Positions 9,233-19,728 of a stretch of 64,000 nucleotides of DNA are shown here, in pieces (positions within the stretch are counted from its first letter, which is position 1; the number at the start of each line of letters is the position of its first letter). A program made the position numbers and the translations under genes. The stretch spans positions 17,800 through 81,799 of the IMG/VR virus record IMGVR_UViG_2837734161_000001, one strand, 5' to 3'. The notes beneath the pieces were generated by a model, which saw only the letters and a program-made list of their open reading frames with translations, was not told where the DNA came from and made no database searches. The stretch comes from a virus (taxonomy: Duplodnaviria; Caudoviricetes).

Positions 9233-10771
9233 TTAAGCGACATGCTTTGTGATGTCATATACTTCATTGACTGCCGTAAATTTACCGGAGGATTCATCCA
9301 CCCGATAAAACGAAACACACTCTCCTTCACTGATTGAAAAGACAGTTCCAAAGAATGAGAACGTTCCAGATTTATTGCCCTGCATTTTCTCCATGCGGAG
9401 CATTGCATCTCCGTTTTCAAACAGATACAGTTCCCAGATTTGATTCGCAGAACCATCCCGGTAATAGGAGTATCCTTCCCACCGGAACTTATAACAATCA
9501 ATATCCAGATCCGTAATGTGGTAGTTGCCATGCGAAAACAGATGAGCTTTCGCATCCTGCCGATTGATCCGGATCTCTTCATTTGACGATCCCGTTACTC
9601 CAATCCATGAATTCGTACTCACATATAATGAGCTGTACGTTTTTCCAGCATATGGCCACTGAAACAGTTCATTGCTATAGGTGTAGGTAGAATCATCTAC
9701 ATCGTTCTTCAGGCAATAGGACAATCCATTTTTATCCTTCGTCAATTCAATGAGTGTAAGATTTTTAATCGGACTATCTGCACTGACATCATGCCTGGAA
9801 GGATCGTATTTCTCATAGACGATCTCAAAAGCAGTTCCGTAATAATTCTTTCGATAGACAGAAACATATCCTCCCACTCCTGGGTTCCTGAAGTTCTGTC
9901 CATTTATCTGATAAGTGCCACTGCTATTCGTACCGAGGCTGGTAATCCGAATATAGAAATCTCCATTTCCAAGGAAATACACATCCCAGATTCCTCGATT
10001 GGCTTCACTCTGGCTATAAGGCATATAGCCATTCCACGTGACTCGAATTAAGGATCCTACATCATCCATCGGCATTTCATATAGGCTGATGATCTGATAA
10101 CCATTGTCTCTGCCATTTACATACAAGGTGATATTCCCCGCCTTAAAACAGCAGTTGCCATCCACAGAGCAGGATTGAAATACATCTCTGCTTTTCTTTA
10201 AAGTTGAAAGCGTATCTGCAAATCCAATAATCGAGTATTTCTTAAGACTGATATTACAGGTTCCCTGATCAGAATACGTGCTGGTGATGATCTGCCTGCC
10301 AAGGTTGGTCTGATCAAATAAATCCAGCGTATTGGAAACCGGCAGCCTGCACTGAATGGATCCACCATTGTGATGCAGATAGCCGTTCTTCTTGACTCGA
10401 ATCTTAAAGGTATCACCGGCATGAATCTTTGTGGTGTCCAGTGTCAGCTTGAGCAGCAGCCGATTGACGAACTGTACGCTTGTTACTGCATCACATTCAA
10501 TATCATCCAATGTGATATCCGGAGACAGGATCGTATCGGAAAACAGCCAGACCGTATTCACATCATGCGGCATAGTCGCTGTCACTGTTTCATTCTCGTC
10601 CGTTATAAAAACATAGTTCTTCCCGCCAGCGCCAACTGTTCCATCTGTTGGGATGCTGAGGATTGCAGAGGCCATTTCTGAAACCTTGTACTTTGCATCC
10701 GTCCCCAGCTTATCCCGGATGGCATCAGCGATCATTTGAATATTGGCTTCTGTATATAATTTCTTCATCAA
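9233..10771 (-). CDS. Putative tail fibre / receptor-binding protein with tandem duplicated domain
   Basis: IADAIRDKLG..KVSEMASAI N-terminus; two W.GY..Y...IW..Y...NGD repeats. Confidence 0.65.
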   Translation of the reverse strand: MMKKLYTEANIQMIADAIRDKLGTDAKYKVSEMASAILSIPTDGTVGAGGKNYVFITDENETVTATMPHDVNTVWLFSDTILSPDITLDDIECDAVTSVQFVNRLLLKLTLDTTKIHAGDTFKIRVKKNGYLHHNGGSIQCRLPVSNTLDLFDQTNLGRQIITSTYSDQGTCNISLKKYSIIGFADTLSTLKKSRDVFQSCSVDGNCCFKAGNITLYVNGRDNGYQIISLYEMPMDDVGSLIRVTWNGYMPYSQSEANRGIWDVYFLGNGDFYIRITSLGTNSSGTYQINGQNFRNPGVGGYVSVYRKNYYGTAFEIVYEKYDPSRHDVSADSPIKNLTLIELTKDKNGLSYCLKNDVDDSTYTYSNELFQWPYAGKTYSSLYVSTNSWIGVTGSSNEEIRINRQDAKAHLFSHGNYHITDLDIDCYKFRWEGYSYYRDGSANQIWELYLFENGDAMLRMEKMQGNKSGTFSFFGTVFSISEGECVSFYRVDESSGKFTAVNEVYDITKHVA

Positions 10772-11613
10772 TACTCTCCTACATCGCCATCATTGAAATT
10801 CCTCATGACTTCTGCAATCTGCTGATCAATCTGTTCCTTTGTGTACGTATCCTCCACACGATTCTGAATGCCATCCACTTCACCCTTAGTATAGGTGTCC
10901 TCGATCCTCTGCTGCATGGCAGTCACTTCATCCTTGGTATAGAACGGAGATTCATAATCATCAGTCTTGCCACTGATCTGCACATGGACCACGTTGCTAT
11001 CTCTGGAGCAGTATTGTCCTTCATCTGGAAAGCCAATGCAGAAGCATTCATAGTTTCCATTGACCAATGGTGGATCCACAGTAGTCACCAGATCATAGGT
11101 AATATGATCCGTGGAGAATGCTCCATCCTGCATAATGATCCGATAACACCTATACTTGGAATTCTCTGCCGGTGTAATCGTAAAAGTGAGCAAACCATTC
11201 TTATTCTTTACCACGCTTAATGACGGAGCTTCCATCTTTCCACTTTCCGGATTGACCGGTGCTAGGATTCTGGAAATATCGCGAAAGGCAAGTTTGTAAA
11301 AGGCAATGGCTCCAACATCCGGGAATGCCTTCACACCTAATCGTTCGAGACGGTTCCCGGCAATTCTCTGACCAGGAGCGTTCCAAGTCAGCTCATCATA
11401 ATCGGTATAGGACCATGCCTCTTTATCCTTATCATATACACCGATAGCATGGCTGCTCTTGTCCTCCTCCGTCATGTTGTCTGGTCGCACATAATACTGA
11501 ACAATCTCGCCATCCCGCGCTTCATGGATGATGGAAAGCTGCGTGACAATCTTCGGTTCCGGATTCTTATCGTAGGCTGTCAAGTCAATTGTCTTTGCAA
11601 AACTCAAAGCCAT
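10768..11613 (-). CDS. Minor tail protein
   Basis: Tail module position; three YTKxE(V/Q) repeats at C-terminus; likely start MALSF. Confidence 0.65.
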   Translation of the reverse strand: MALSFAKTIDLTAYDKNPEPKIVTQLSIIHEARDGEIVQYYVRPDNMTEEDKSSHAIGVYDKDKEAWSYTDYDELTWNAPGQRIAGNRLERLGVKAFPDVGAIAFYKLAFRDISRILAPVNPESGKMEAPSLSVVKNKNGLLTFTITPAENSKYRCYRIIMQDGAFSTDHITYDLVTTVDPPLVNGNYECFCIGFPDEGQYCSRDSNVVHVQISGKTDDYESPFYTKDEVTAMQQRIEDTYTKGEVDGIQNRVEDTYTKEQIDQQIAEVMRNFNDGDVGEY

Positions 11614-11626
11614 AAAGACCTCCTTC

Positions 11627-13225
11627 CTAGACGGTGATTTCCAGACTGCCGGAATAATCAATGACAGTTTCAGAAGTCTTGAATGGCCGATCCATCTTTA
11701 CACTCATCGTAATCACGGCTCCATTAGCCGGAGCTTCTTTGAAATGGATATAGCCATCCTGCACTTTGCCAAGGAAAGGAACGGCATTAGGATCGGCGCT
11801 AAATTCAACAGTGCTTGTATTCACAGTTGTCTCCAATTTCCAATACCTGCCCTTCGCTTTAAAATCGACTAACAGGTCTTTCTTATTCTCCTTCACCTCA
11901 CTGAACACCTGAGTATAAGTTTCTCCATCGGAAGAAACGCTCAGCGTATAAGTCGCATTGGTAAAGGATGCCGGAAGATGAAACTTATTCAGCTCGTATT
12001 CTGCGCCAAGATCAAAGATTACCGGGCTGTTCTTATAGATCTGAGAAACAAACTCGGAGTCCCTTGCATGATAATAATTTCCATTTGTATTACCAAAGTC
12101 TTCTGCCTGATTTGCTGGCCATCGATAAAGTGGTCTGGTAAACAAGCCTACGCCATAATGATTACTGTTCCGGTTTCCACCAGATGCTTTTGCTTTGGCG
12201 AATGGAGTCAGCTCCTGCAGCATTTCATGGTTATTGTCATTGATAACCGTATAATCAACGCCTCTTGTCAGCGTCTTTCCATCCACGGTAATGGAGTCTG
12301 AATCCTTAACAAAGTAACTGAATGGGCATAAGAAATCCTTTGTACTTCCATCCCCTGTTCCAACTGGATAGTTCGTTACATCGTAATTTGGAATCAGCTC
12401 AGCATTTGGAAGTTCTGCATAGCAAATACCTCCAATCATGATGGTATTGAAATACACAGGGTAATCGAGAAGTGTAGCCGGTGCTCTGAAATCGAACTTG
12501 GCCGTTCTCTTTCCATCCTTCACTTCATTGCTGGCTGCTGCATGGCCATAGCCATAACAAGAAGCACTGACAAGATATGGATAATAGCTGGTGCCAATGT
12601 AAGAGTATTGCTGCTGCATCTCTCCATCACCAATGGCGGCATTACTGTTTGTGCAAAGCTCTAAAAACAGCGTACCAAGACCGCCCCATTTATACCTTTT
12701 CTCTTCACCCTCATCATCTTTCGCCTGTTTGATATACATCTGCGTATGCCTGATTGGCACAGGCTGCCAAGGACTATTAGCTCCCAATGTCATGGTGATT
12801 CGTGCTGTCACGATCACCCTGGTCAAATCATCTTTTTCGATGGTCATAGGGTTGCCTTCAGCATCCTTAATCAGAGCATGCGTTACCATCGTGGATCCAA
12901 TCAGAATACCAAGCTCTGTGATGGTTCCAACATGAGCAGTATCCGGCGGAATTTCACCAACCAGCGTATGGATCGCAGCCTGCTTTTCTTCATCCTTGGT
13001 TACCGTCTTTGTGCAGCTGATATCCCACAGCTTTGTAAATACATCGGTATCCGTCTTTGCTGGCGTCCCTGTTCCAGAACCTAAACGAACACCAGAAAAA
13101 TCAAAGTTCTGATTCAGGATGCTATTCAGGACCACATTGCCAAAGTGATATTCTTTCACCCGTCCTAATTGTTCCACCCTGACGGTATATTCATTTTTGA
13201 AATTGATCTTACATCTGCTTTTCAT
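11627..13225 (-). CDS. Baseplate/tail protein
   Basis: LGSGTGTP..TD N-terminus, GTGDGSTKDF and discoidin-like beta region. Confidence 0.7.
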   Translation of the reverse strand: MKSRCKINFKNEYTVRVEQLGRVKEYHFGNVVLNSILNQNFDFSGVRLGSGTGTPAKTDTDVFTKLWDISCTKTVTKDEEKQAAIHTLVGEIPPDTAHVGTITELGILIGSTMVTHALIKDAEGNPMTIEKDDLTRVIVTARITMTLGANSPWQPVPIRHTQMYIKQAKDDEGEEKRYKWGGLGTLFLELCTNSNAAIGDGEMQQQYSYIGTSYYPYLVSASCYGYGHAAASNEVKDGKRTAKFDFRAPATLLDYPVYFNTIMIGGICYAELPNAELIPNYDVTNYPVGTGDGSTKDFLCPFSYFVKDSDSITVDGKTLTRGVDYTVINDNNHEMLQELTPFAKAKASGGNRNSNHYGVGLFTRPLYRWPANQAEDFGNTNGNYYHARDSEFVSQIYKNSPVIFDLGAEYELNKFHLPASFTNATYTLSVSSDGETYTQVFSEVKENKKDLLVDFKAKGRYWKLETTVNTSTVEFSADPNAVPFLGKVQDGYIHFKEAPANGAVITMSVKMDRPFKTSETVIDYSGSLEITV

Positions 13226-13234
13226 GAGTTCTCC

Positions 13235-16051
13235 TTAAATTGGTGCATCTCCGGTATAGGAAGTCGTAATCGTGCAATTGACCATCGCATTAAACTGTCC
13301 GACATCATCCACACCGATGTTCTTTCTGCCTACCTGTTTGGTCACAAGAGAAAAGGCAGCGGAAGCCTGGAATGTTCCAGAATCCTCTGCTGTCTTCGGA
13401 TAGTTATTCACCTGTCTGACTTTCTCTGTTGTTGAGGCGTTAGCAATAAATGCCGCCTCCTCGTCAACTTCGATATTAATGACGATGATCGGCCGTTCCA
13501 CGGTCCAGTTGAAATCCTGGTCCGAAAGAAGAATCCGATGGACGTTGTTATCGTTGGAAAGATAAAAACGGCAGTCAGAGCCAAGAATCGTGACTGCAAG
13601 TTTCGCTTCCTCTGCTCTTGTCGCAGCAATCTCGTCTTTCGTTGTGATCACAAGGTCTGTTCCATCCAGCTTCAAGGAATACTTGGAACGGGCCAGTTCT
13701 TTTCCATTCAGTACAACCTTTACTTCGTCCGAAAAATTCTTGTCAACATTCCGTACTGGATATGGATAGCGGATATGAAATTCTTTCTCTGGTGCGGTTG
13801 GATCATCAAACTGAACCGCATAGCCATCAAAGTTAATGATATCTCCATTACGGAAGAAACTGAATCCAAGTTCTGCGTCACCATTAAATCCCGCATTTTC
13901 CGGATAAACAGACTGACCAACATAGGTCCGGCCTGTGATCATCCAGACATTGTGCTTTTCATTGGAAAGTTCAAAGCTCAGACGGTAATCGTTCAGCCGA
14001 TGCACATTGGCTTCTCTCCAAGACTCGTTGTTAGCGATTCTGATTGGATTGGACCAGACCTTCTTTCCTGTTTCTGTATTCAGCGTATATTGCCGATACC
14101 AGACGGTCTGATCATTCTTTACATAAACAACCACAAGTCCCTGGTCCTGTTCCGGATACATTTCAGAACTATAGCCTTTGCAAGCATGGACGGAATTTAC
14201 TCCTTCTTCCATCACAAAGCGGGTAAATTCATCGGTGCCATGCTGGGCATACAGAGTATGTTTGGAGGTGTCCGAAATCCAGAAGATCCATGGCTCATCA
14301 TCAGTTTCGATAGTAAACTTCTCGGCTCCAGTCCTTAACACCCAGGTGCCATCAAACTCGATAGCTGCATCCAGTGCTTCTCCCGGTGTATAGACACCTT
14401 CCCACTTTATTGGTGCAGTGCCATCGTCCTGGTATTCTCTGCGGCTGACAAGCAGCTTTCCATCTTCAATTCCGGCGCACCAGATCTGATCCGGTCCATT
14501 GGATTCCAGAAGCTGACGCATCGTGATATCCCGGATGTCCATTCCGATTTCATCCACAGCCTCTGCAAAGTTCCCGGCATTGATCGTATAGAAAATGCTT
14601 CTGGTCGGAACATGGATCGTCCCGACAGTGCATTGTGCAGTGATCGTTGCCGTGTGTGTTCCAACCACGCGATGCAAATAAGAATGAGGAATACCTATCG
14701 TTCCATCCCCTGCTGGCAAATCATAGATCAATGGCGAGTACAGTTCTTCCACACCAAGATCATAAATGCGAATAATCAGCCGGGTAGATTTCTCCGCCCG
14801 GTAGTGCATCAGAAAGTGACCTTCCACATCTGCTTCTTCTTTGATGTAGTAGGTTATCAAACCGGCGATTCGTTCTGTCTGGCCAATCAGAACTTCACTG
14901 GTGTTGTAGTCATAAAGCAGGTTATTGATGGAATCCGTGATGGAATTCACCTGCTCCATCAAGCCGGAGATATTTTTGTCTGACTTACTGTTTGCCGTTT
15001 CCAGCGCTGGATTCTTTCCCACGCCTTCCATTTCGTATTTCTGGTTGTAGGTAAAGACATACTTGGTCATACAGAAGAGTTTGTCATCATCTGCATACCC
15101 ACCTGTGAAATGGAAAACGTCCATCAGATCATAGGCGGGATTTCCAATCATCGAAGCTGTGAACGGGACGTACTGAACGCTGCTCAGTGCATTCAGGATA
15201 TTTCTCCGGATCATTTCCAAGCTATGACCACTGTCACCAGATTGGAGAAGCGGATTCATGCCAAGGTTATAAGTCAGGCCATCATCCACCGCTGCGGCAT
15301 AGTATCTGGTCATCTGATCTGCAATATCCACACAGGAAAGACCGGTATATCTGGTGATATAATCGCCAAACTTGCAGCCGGTGAATCGATGCTTGGCATC
15401 AATCTGATCGACTGCCGTTGTGCCATAACTCCGGAATACAATCTTTCCTTCCCGATCTGCAAATACATTACAGGCAAGCGACTGCGCCAGCCACGAAATC
15501 AGATCTCTCCAGGTATCGATCTCGTTATCCGGATATAGTGTGAAGGTCACATCACCATTAGCGAAAGATTCGAATTCTTCCGGTGTGGTTGCCAGTTCCA
15601 AGCCGCAGGACCGGCAGGCAAGAGAAGCAATCCGGTATGCTTTGCCAGATAACTTGGAAACAGAGAATGACTTATCGAGCTTGGACATATTGTCATAGGC
15701 CGTAATCTCGACTCCACTTTCTCCCCAGTTGGCTTCTGAGATTGTAAAGATTCCCAGCGGAATATCCTCATATTCTCTAGTTGCAAGCCTCATACCAAAG
15801 GAAGGCCGAATCTCTGCATCCTTCAGAGCATATCGTTCTGATTCCAAGCCAAGGAAGGTTGCTTTGAGTTCTGCCGTATAGACCTGTCCTATCTGAACCT
15901 GTGTCGTATCGGAACACTGATTCGTAATGGAAAAGGATCCAGTGAGGATATTCTTATCGGCAAATTCTGTCTTCCCGATAGAGCCGCGCATCCGATAGCT
16001 CTGCACGTCTTTTTTCATCGCTTCTTTATACGCATCGCTTACCGAATACAT
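13235..16051 (-). CDS. Large tail tip (Tal/hub-like) protein
   Basis: 938 aa after distal tail gene; MYSVSDAYKEAM, IPLGIFTI, ITAYDNM. Confidence 0.75.
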   Translation of the reverse strand: MYSVSDAYKEAMKKDVQSYRMRGSIGKTEFADKNILTGSFSITNQCSDTTQVQIGQVYTAELKATFLGLESERYALKDAEIRPSFGMRLATREYEDIPLGIFTISEANWGESGVEITAYDNMSKLDKSFSVSKLSGKAYRIASLACRSCGLELATTPEEFESFANGDVTFTLYPDNEIDTWRDLISWLAQSLACNVFADREGKIVFRSYGTTAVDQIDAKHRFTGCKFGDYITRYTGLSCVDIADQMTRYYAAAVDDGLTYNLGMNPLLQSGDSGHSLEMIRRNILNALSSVQYVPFTASMIGNPAYDLMDVFHFTGGYADDDKLFCMTKYVFTYNQKYEMEGVGKNPALETANSKSDKNISGLMEQVNSITDSINNLLYDYNTSEVLIGQTERIAGLITYYIKEEADVEGHFLMHYRAEKSTRLIIRIYDLGVEELYSPLIYDLPAGDGTIGIPHSYLHRVVGTHTATITAQCTVGTIHVPTRSIFYTINAGNFAEAVDEIGMDIRDITMRQLLESNGPDQIWCAGIEDGKLLVSRREYQDDGTAPIKWEGVYTPGEALDAAIEFDGTWVLRTGAEKFTIETDDEPWIFWISDTSKHTLYAQHGTDEFTRFVMEEGVNSVHACKGYSSEMYPEQDQGLVVVYVKNDQTVWYRQYTLNTETGKKVWSNPIRIANNESWREANVHRLNDYRLSFELSNEKHNVWMITGRTYVGQSVYPENAGFNGDAELGFSFFRNGDIINFDGYAVQFDDPTAPEKEFHIRYPYPVRNVDKNFSDEVKVVLNGKELARSKYSLKLDGTDLVITTKDEIAATRAEEAKLAVTILGSDCRFYLSNDNNVHRILLSDQDFNWTVERPIIVINIEVDEEAAFIANASTTEKVRQVNNYPKTAEDSGTFQASAAFSLVTKQVGRKNIGVDDVGQFNAMVNCTITTSYTGDAPI

Positions 16052-16071
16052 GGCATCCTCCCTTCCATCAA

Positions 16072-16440
16072 TCAGAATTCATTCAGATCAAACGACACAA
16101 CATACAGACCATTGGTCCTTTTCGTCCTTTCCGAGTTCTTCTCCGGACCAGACTTAAAATTCCGGATTCGCATCGTCCGGGTTTTATAGTCCTGCGTTTT
16201 CAGATCATAGAGTTTTACCTGGATGCTGTCGTGATCCCGGAATTCTGCAAACTTCGCAGCCCATTTACTTGAGCAATTGAAAGAAGCAGAGACACTCAGC
16301 TTGTCATATCGAATGACAACGGTCTGATCCGTCCCTGCTTCTGTCTGATTTGTATTTTCAACGACTTCATAACTCTCGTGCCATGATTCTGGAGTGAAGA
16401 GCTTTGTATCATCAAAGTAAATCGGATAGTCACTTAACAC
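16072..16440 (-). CDS. Distal tail protein-like
   Basis: Follows tape measure; ends VSFDLNEF. Confidence 0.65.
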   Translation of the reverse strand: MLSDYPIYFDDTKLFTPESWHESYEVVENTNQTEAGTDQTVVIRYDKLSVSASFNCSSKWAAKFAEFRDHDSIQVKLYDLKTQDYKTRTMRIRNFKSGPEKNSERTKRTNGLYVVSFDLNEF

Positions 16441-16446
16441 GATCCA

Positions 16447-19320
16447 TCACCTTCCTCCAGAGCGATAGGCTGCACGCTGGTTGGCCCGAACAACGATCTC
16501 ATCAATCCGTTCCTGGCCAATGTAGACCGGGATGACTGTCGTGCCGCCACCAACTCCAGCAAGTGCAGTCTGTACAATATCGACAAGTTTATCGGTTCCA
16601 ACAACGGCTTCCTGCCCTGCTTCTCCTCCGCCAAGGAGTCTGCCATTAGCAGCTCCGAAGATGGTCGGACTATTGAGAAGATAGGCATCGTCCATGGCCT
16701 TCTTATACCAGTCAATCGACAGATGCGGAACCGAAGGCGGATCAATGGACAGCTTTCCACTGATACTGAAGTGCGGCAACTTGATATGTGGCAGCTGAAG
16801 CTTACAGTTGGAAAAGAAACTGCTGATCCGGTCCAGCGCACCTTTGACGATGCTCTTTGCCCCATCCATGACAGACGAGAACTTGCCTTTGATTCCATCC
16901 AGAATATTCCCGGCAGTGTTCTTCGCCGCATTCAGTCCATTTGAGATTGTATCCTTTACCGCATTGATAGCCCCGGTCACGATATTCTTAATCGCGTTCC
17001 AAACTGTGCTCATCACATTCTGGATACTGGAAAGCACACTGCTGATCTTGGAACTGATGGCATTCCAGACTGTGGAAATCACAGAACTGATGGTGTTCCA
17101 TACCGAGCTGGTCACACTGCTGACAGCATTCCAAGCTGTAGAAACAGCTGACTGAATGACGCCAAGTACGGAGGAGAATACTCCGCTGATGGTATTCCAG
17201 ATCGTACTGAAGAAGCTGCTGATTGCAGACCATACACTGTTCATCACACTGCTGATGGAAGTCCAGGCATTCGAAATAAAGCCGCCGACCGCCGACAATG
17301 CAGAGCTGACTGTGCTCTTGATGCCTTCCCATGCCTTCGTCAGAATCGGACCGAAGTTCTCCCAGATAAAAGACCAAGGAAGAATCAGGATCTGTGCAGC
17401 TCCCTGCAGAATGGATCCCAGCAACATGATTCCGGTCTGAACCACATTTGTGATCGTATTCCAGACATTTGAGATAGCTTCACCCATCGAGGAGAAGAAA
17501 TCACCGATCTGACTGAAGAATCCCTTCACTGCTTCTACTGCATCGGAAACAATGGATTTGATCCCATCCCAGAGTCCGATCCAGAAATTCCGGAAGGATT
17601 CACTCGTATTCCATAGATAAACAAAACCGGCCACCAGAGCCGCGATGGCTGCGATGACCAGTACAATAGGATTTGCAGAAAGCACTCCCCATAGTCCGGA
17701 GACTGCTCCTTTGACTGTACTGATAACAGATGGAATCTTAGCAAATGCTGGTGCCAGTTTCATCAAAGCACCGACACCCGTTGCCATCTTGCCTATCACA
17801 ATCAAGATTGGGCCGATAGCCGCCGCAATTCCAAGAAGAATCAGAGTCAGCTTCTGTGCTGCCGGATTCATGTTCATGATGGCATTCATGCAGTCAATCA
17901 CTGCTTGCATCACTTTCGTAAATGCAGGAGCGACCAACTGACCAACCGTAACCGTCAGAACATCGAAGGTGGATTTTAACTGCTCAATCGTACCACCCGT
18001 ACCAGACATCAAGGCATTTGCCATGTCATCCGCAGAACCGGATACATCATCCAGTGCATCACGGAGTCCCTTGATATCGGATGGAGAAGTCTGAATTAAT
18101 GTCAGCCATTTGGCCATCTGGTTCTTACCGAAGATATTACTTGCGGCTTCCAGTTTCTCCTGATCAGACAATCCAGAAAAAGCACTATTCAGATTCTGGA
18201 GCACGGTCGGCATGTCTTTCAATGTTCCGTTGTCATTGAAGATGGCATAGGTCTGTCCTGTGGAAAGTCCTAATGCATCCATCGCTTCAGCGCCAGACTT
18301 TGCTGGAGAAGCCAGTCTTGCCAGGCCTGTCTTCAGAGCATCTGCACCCTCGGAACCGGAAATACCTGCATTACCAAATACATCCGTGATGGCAGCAAGA
18401 TCCTTCATGCTCCATCCGACAGTTTTACAGATCGGACCAGCAACCGACATAGCATCGAAAAGCTGTGTTGTATCGGTATTGGCCTGCGCCTGTGCTTTGG
18501 CAAGAACATCTGCGTAGTTGGCAGCTTCATCCGAATTGGCACCGAACATCTTCAATGCATTACCAAGACCGGCTGTAACCGTAGAAAGATCCGTTCCGGT
18601 GCCAGCAGCCAAACTCATGGCAGGTGTCAGCATATCCGTTGCCTGCTTTGCAGTAAAACCCTGACGTGCGAAGTTCAAAAGTGCATCCGCGGCATCCTGC
18701 ATACCATAGACGGAATTCTTGGCAGATGTTCCCATCTGTTCCCAGAGTTTCTGGAAGTCAGCAGCGCTGTTGGCAGTGGTTCCCATGGTCTGTTTTACCA
18801 GGTTGAACTGCTTATCCACATCACCATAAGCATTCACGGCTGCAGTCGCACCAGCCACAATCGGAACCGTCACTCCGGCAGTCATCTTTGTTCCCGCACT
18901 GGAGATCTTATCTCCTACCTGCTGAACCTTATCGCCTGCGGCTGCGATCTGTTGTGCAGAGACAGAACCGAAGTTCTCATATTCTTTTGTGAGTCCTTTC
19001 AGCTTTTGTTCTGTCGCTTCGATTTCTCTTTGAAGAGCTTCGTACTGTTCTGTTCCAACCTTCTCGGAACCCATCTGTTTCTGGGCTTCTTTTAAGGTAT
19101 CCAGTTTCTTCTTGGTTGCATCAATCTCAGTGCCAAGATACTTATACTTCTGAGACAGCAGATCCTTATTACCGGGATCCTCCTTCAGAAGTTTATTAAC
19201 ATCCTTCAGCTGAGACTGTGTTGTCCGGACCTGGGCATCAACTTTCTTTAAGGCATCAGTGAGCTTCGTGGTATCGCCATCCAGCTCAATCGTTATGCCC
19301 TTGATTCTGGAGCCTGCCAT
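16447..19320 (-). CDS. Tail tape measure protein
   Basis: RIKGITIELDGDTT start, TP901-type core, 11-residue Trp-spaced repeats. Confidence 0.95.
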   Translation of the reverse strand: MAGSRIKGITIELDGDTTKLTDALKKVDAQVRTTQSQLKDVNKLLKEDPGNKDLLSQKYKYLGTEIDATKKKLDTLKEAQKQMGSEKVGTEQYEALQREIEATEQKLKGLTKEYENFGSVSAQQIAAAGDKVQQVGDKISSAGTKMTAGVTVPIVAGATAAVNAYGDVDKQFNLVKQTMGTTANSAADFQKLWEQMGTSAKNSVYGMQDAADALLNFARQGFTAKQATDMLTPAMSLAAGTGTDLSTVTAGLGNALKMFGANSDEAANYADVLAKAQAQANTDTTQLFDAMSVAGPICKTVGWSMKDLAAITDVFGNAGISGSEGADALKTGLARLASPAKSGAEAMDALGLSTGQTYAIFNDNGTLKDMPTVLQNLNSAFSGLSDQEKLEAASNIFGKNQMAKWLTLIQTSPSDIKGLRDALDDVSGSADDMANALMSGTGGTIEQLKSTFDVLTVTVGQLVAPAFTKVMQAVIDCMNAIMNMNPAAQKLTLILLGIAAAIGPILIVIGKMATGVGALMKLAPAFAKIPSVISTVKGAVSGLWGVLSANPIVLVIAAIAALVAGFVYLWNTSESFRNFWIGLWDGIKSIVSDAVEAVKGFFSQIGDFFSSMGEAISNVWNTITNVVQTGIMLLGSILQGAAQILILPWSFIWENFGPILTKAWEGIKSTVSSALSAVGGFISNAWTSISSVMNSVWSAISSFFSTIWNTISGVFSSVLGVIQSAVSTAWNAVSSVTSSVWNTISSVISTVWNAISSKISSVLSSIQNVMSTVWNAIKNIVTGAINAVKDTISNGLNAAKNTAGNILDGIKGKFSSVMDGAKSIVKGALDRISSFFSNCKLQLPHIKLPHFSISGKLSIDPPSVPHLSIDWYKKAMDDAYLLNSPTIFGAANGRLLGGGEAGQEAVVGTDKLVDIVQTALAGVGGGTTVIPVYIGQERIDEIVVRANQRAAYRSGGR

Positions 19321-19346
19321 ATCTGCTCACCTCCTTAAAAATGTGC

Positions 19347-19383
19347 AAAAGAAAACACCGACAGATTTCTCTGCCGATGCTTC
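19347..19383 (-). terminator. Intrinsic terminator between structured RNA and tape measure gene
   Basis: GCATCGGCAG-N6-CTGTCGGTGT followed by TTTCTTTT. Confidence 0.7.
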
Positions 19384-19404
19384 ATCATCTAATATGTTGT
19401 AAAA

Positions 19405-19495
19405 GGGTACCGGCCCGGTGATGCTTTCCCGGGTATCCTTTTGCCCTGCTTCTTCAACAGGTGTGTGATCGCATCATTTTTCACTTCCGGCACCC
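19405..19495 (-). ncRNA. Putative 91-nt structured RNA: four-way junction with kissing loops
   Basis: P1 GGGUGCCGG/CCGGUACCC; hairpins GUGA/UCAC, CCUGUU/AGCAGG, CCCGG/CCGGG; loops UGAUGC and GCAUCA are complementary; TATACT at 19502-19507 upstream. Confidence 0.7.
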
Positions 19496-19528
19496 AATTA
19501 AAGTATATCCTTGATTCGCAGAATTGAA

Positions 19529-19728
19529 TCAGAAGCTATCAAAATCAGACTGCGTTGCTACTTCGCTGTATTCTTCATCACAAAGGTCATTGCCCGACTC
19601 AATGATTAAATCCAAAATCTGACCCTCCTCCATCTGATCCAGTTCAGACAGAGAAAGGCCGATTTGTTTTGCCCGCAAAATATAAACCGCAGTGTTTATT
19701 TCCCGGTCGGTCGGGCGACTGTTTTTTT
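19529..19728 (-). CDS. Tail assembly chaperone GT extension (-1 frameshift)
   Basis: A8 run at 19722-19729; -1 frame reads NSRPTDREINTAVYILRAKQIGLSL...ATQSDFDSF*. Confidence 0.8.

Noticed and set aside
9233-16051. Diversity-generating retroelement or tail shufflon
   Set aside because: No reverse transcriptase, template/variable repeat pair or invertase with inverted cassettes seen
16900-17600. Periodic repeats in the tape measure gene
   Set aside because: Ordinary 11-residue Trp-spaced tape measure repeats
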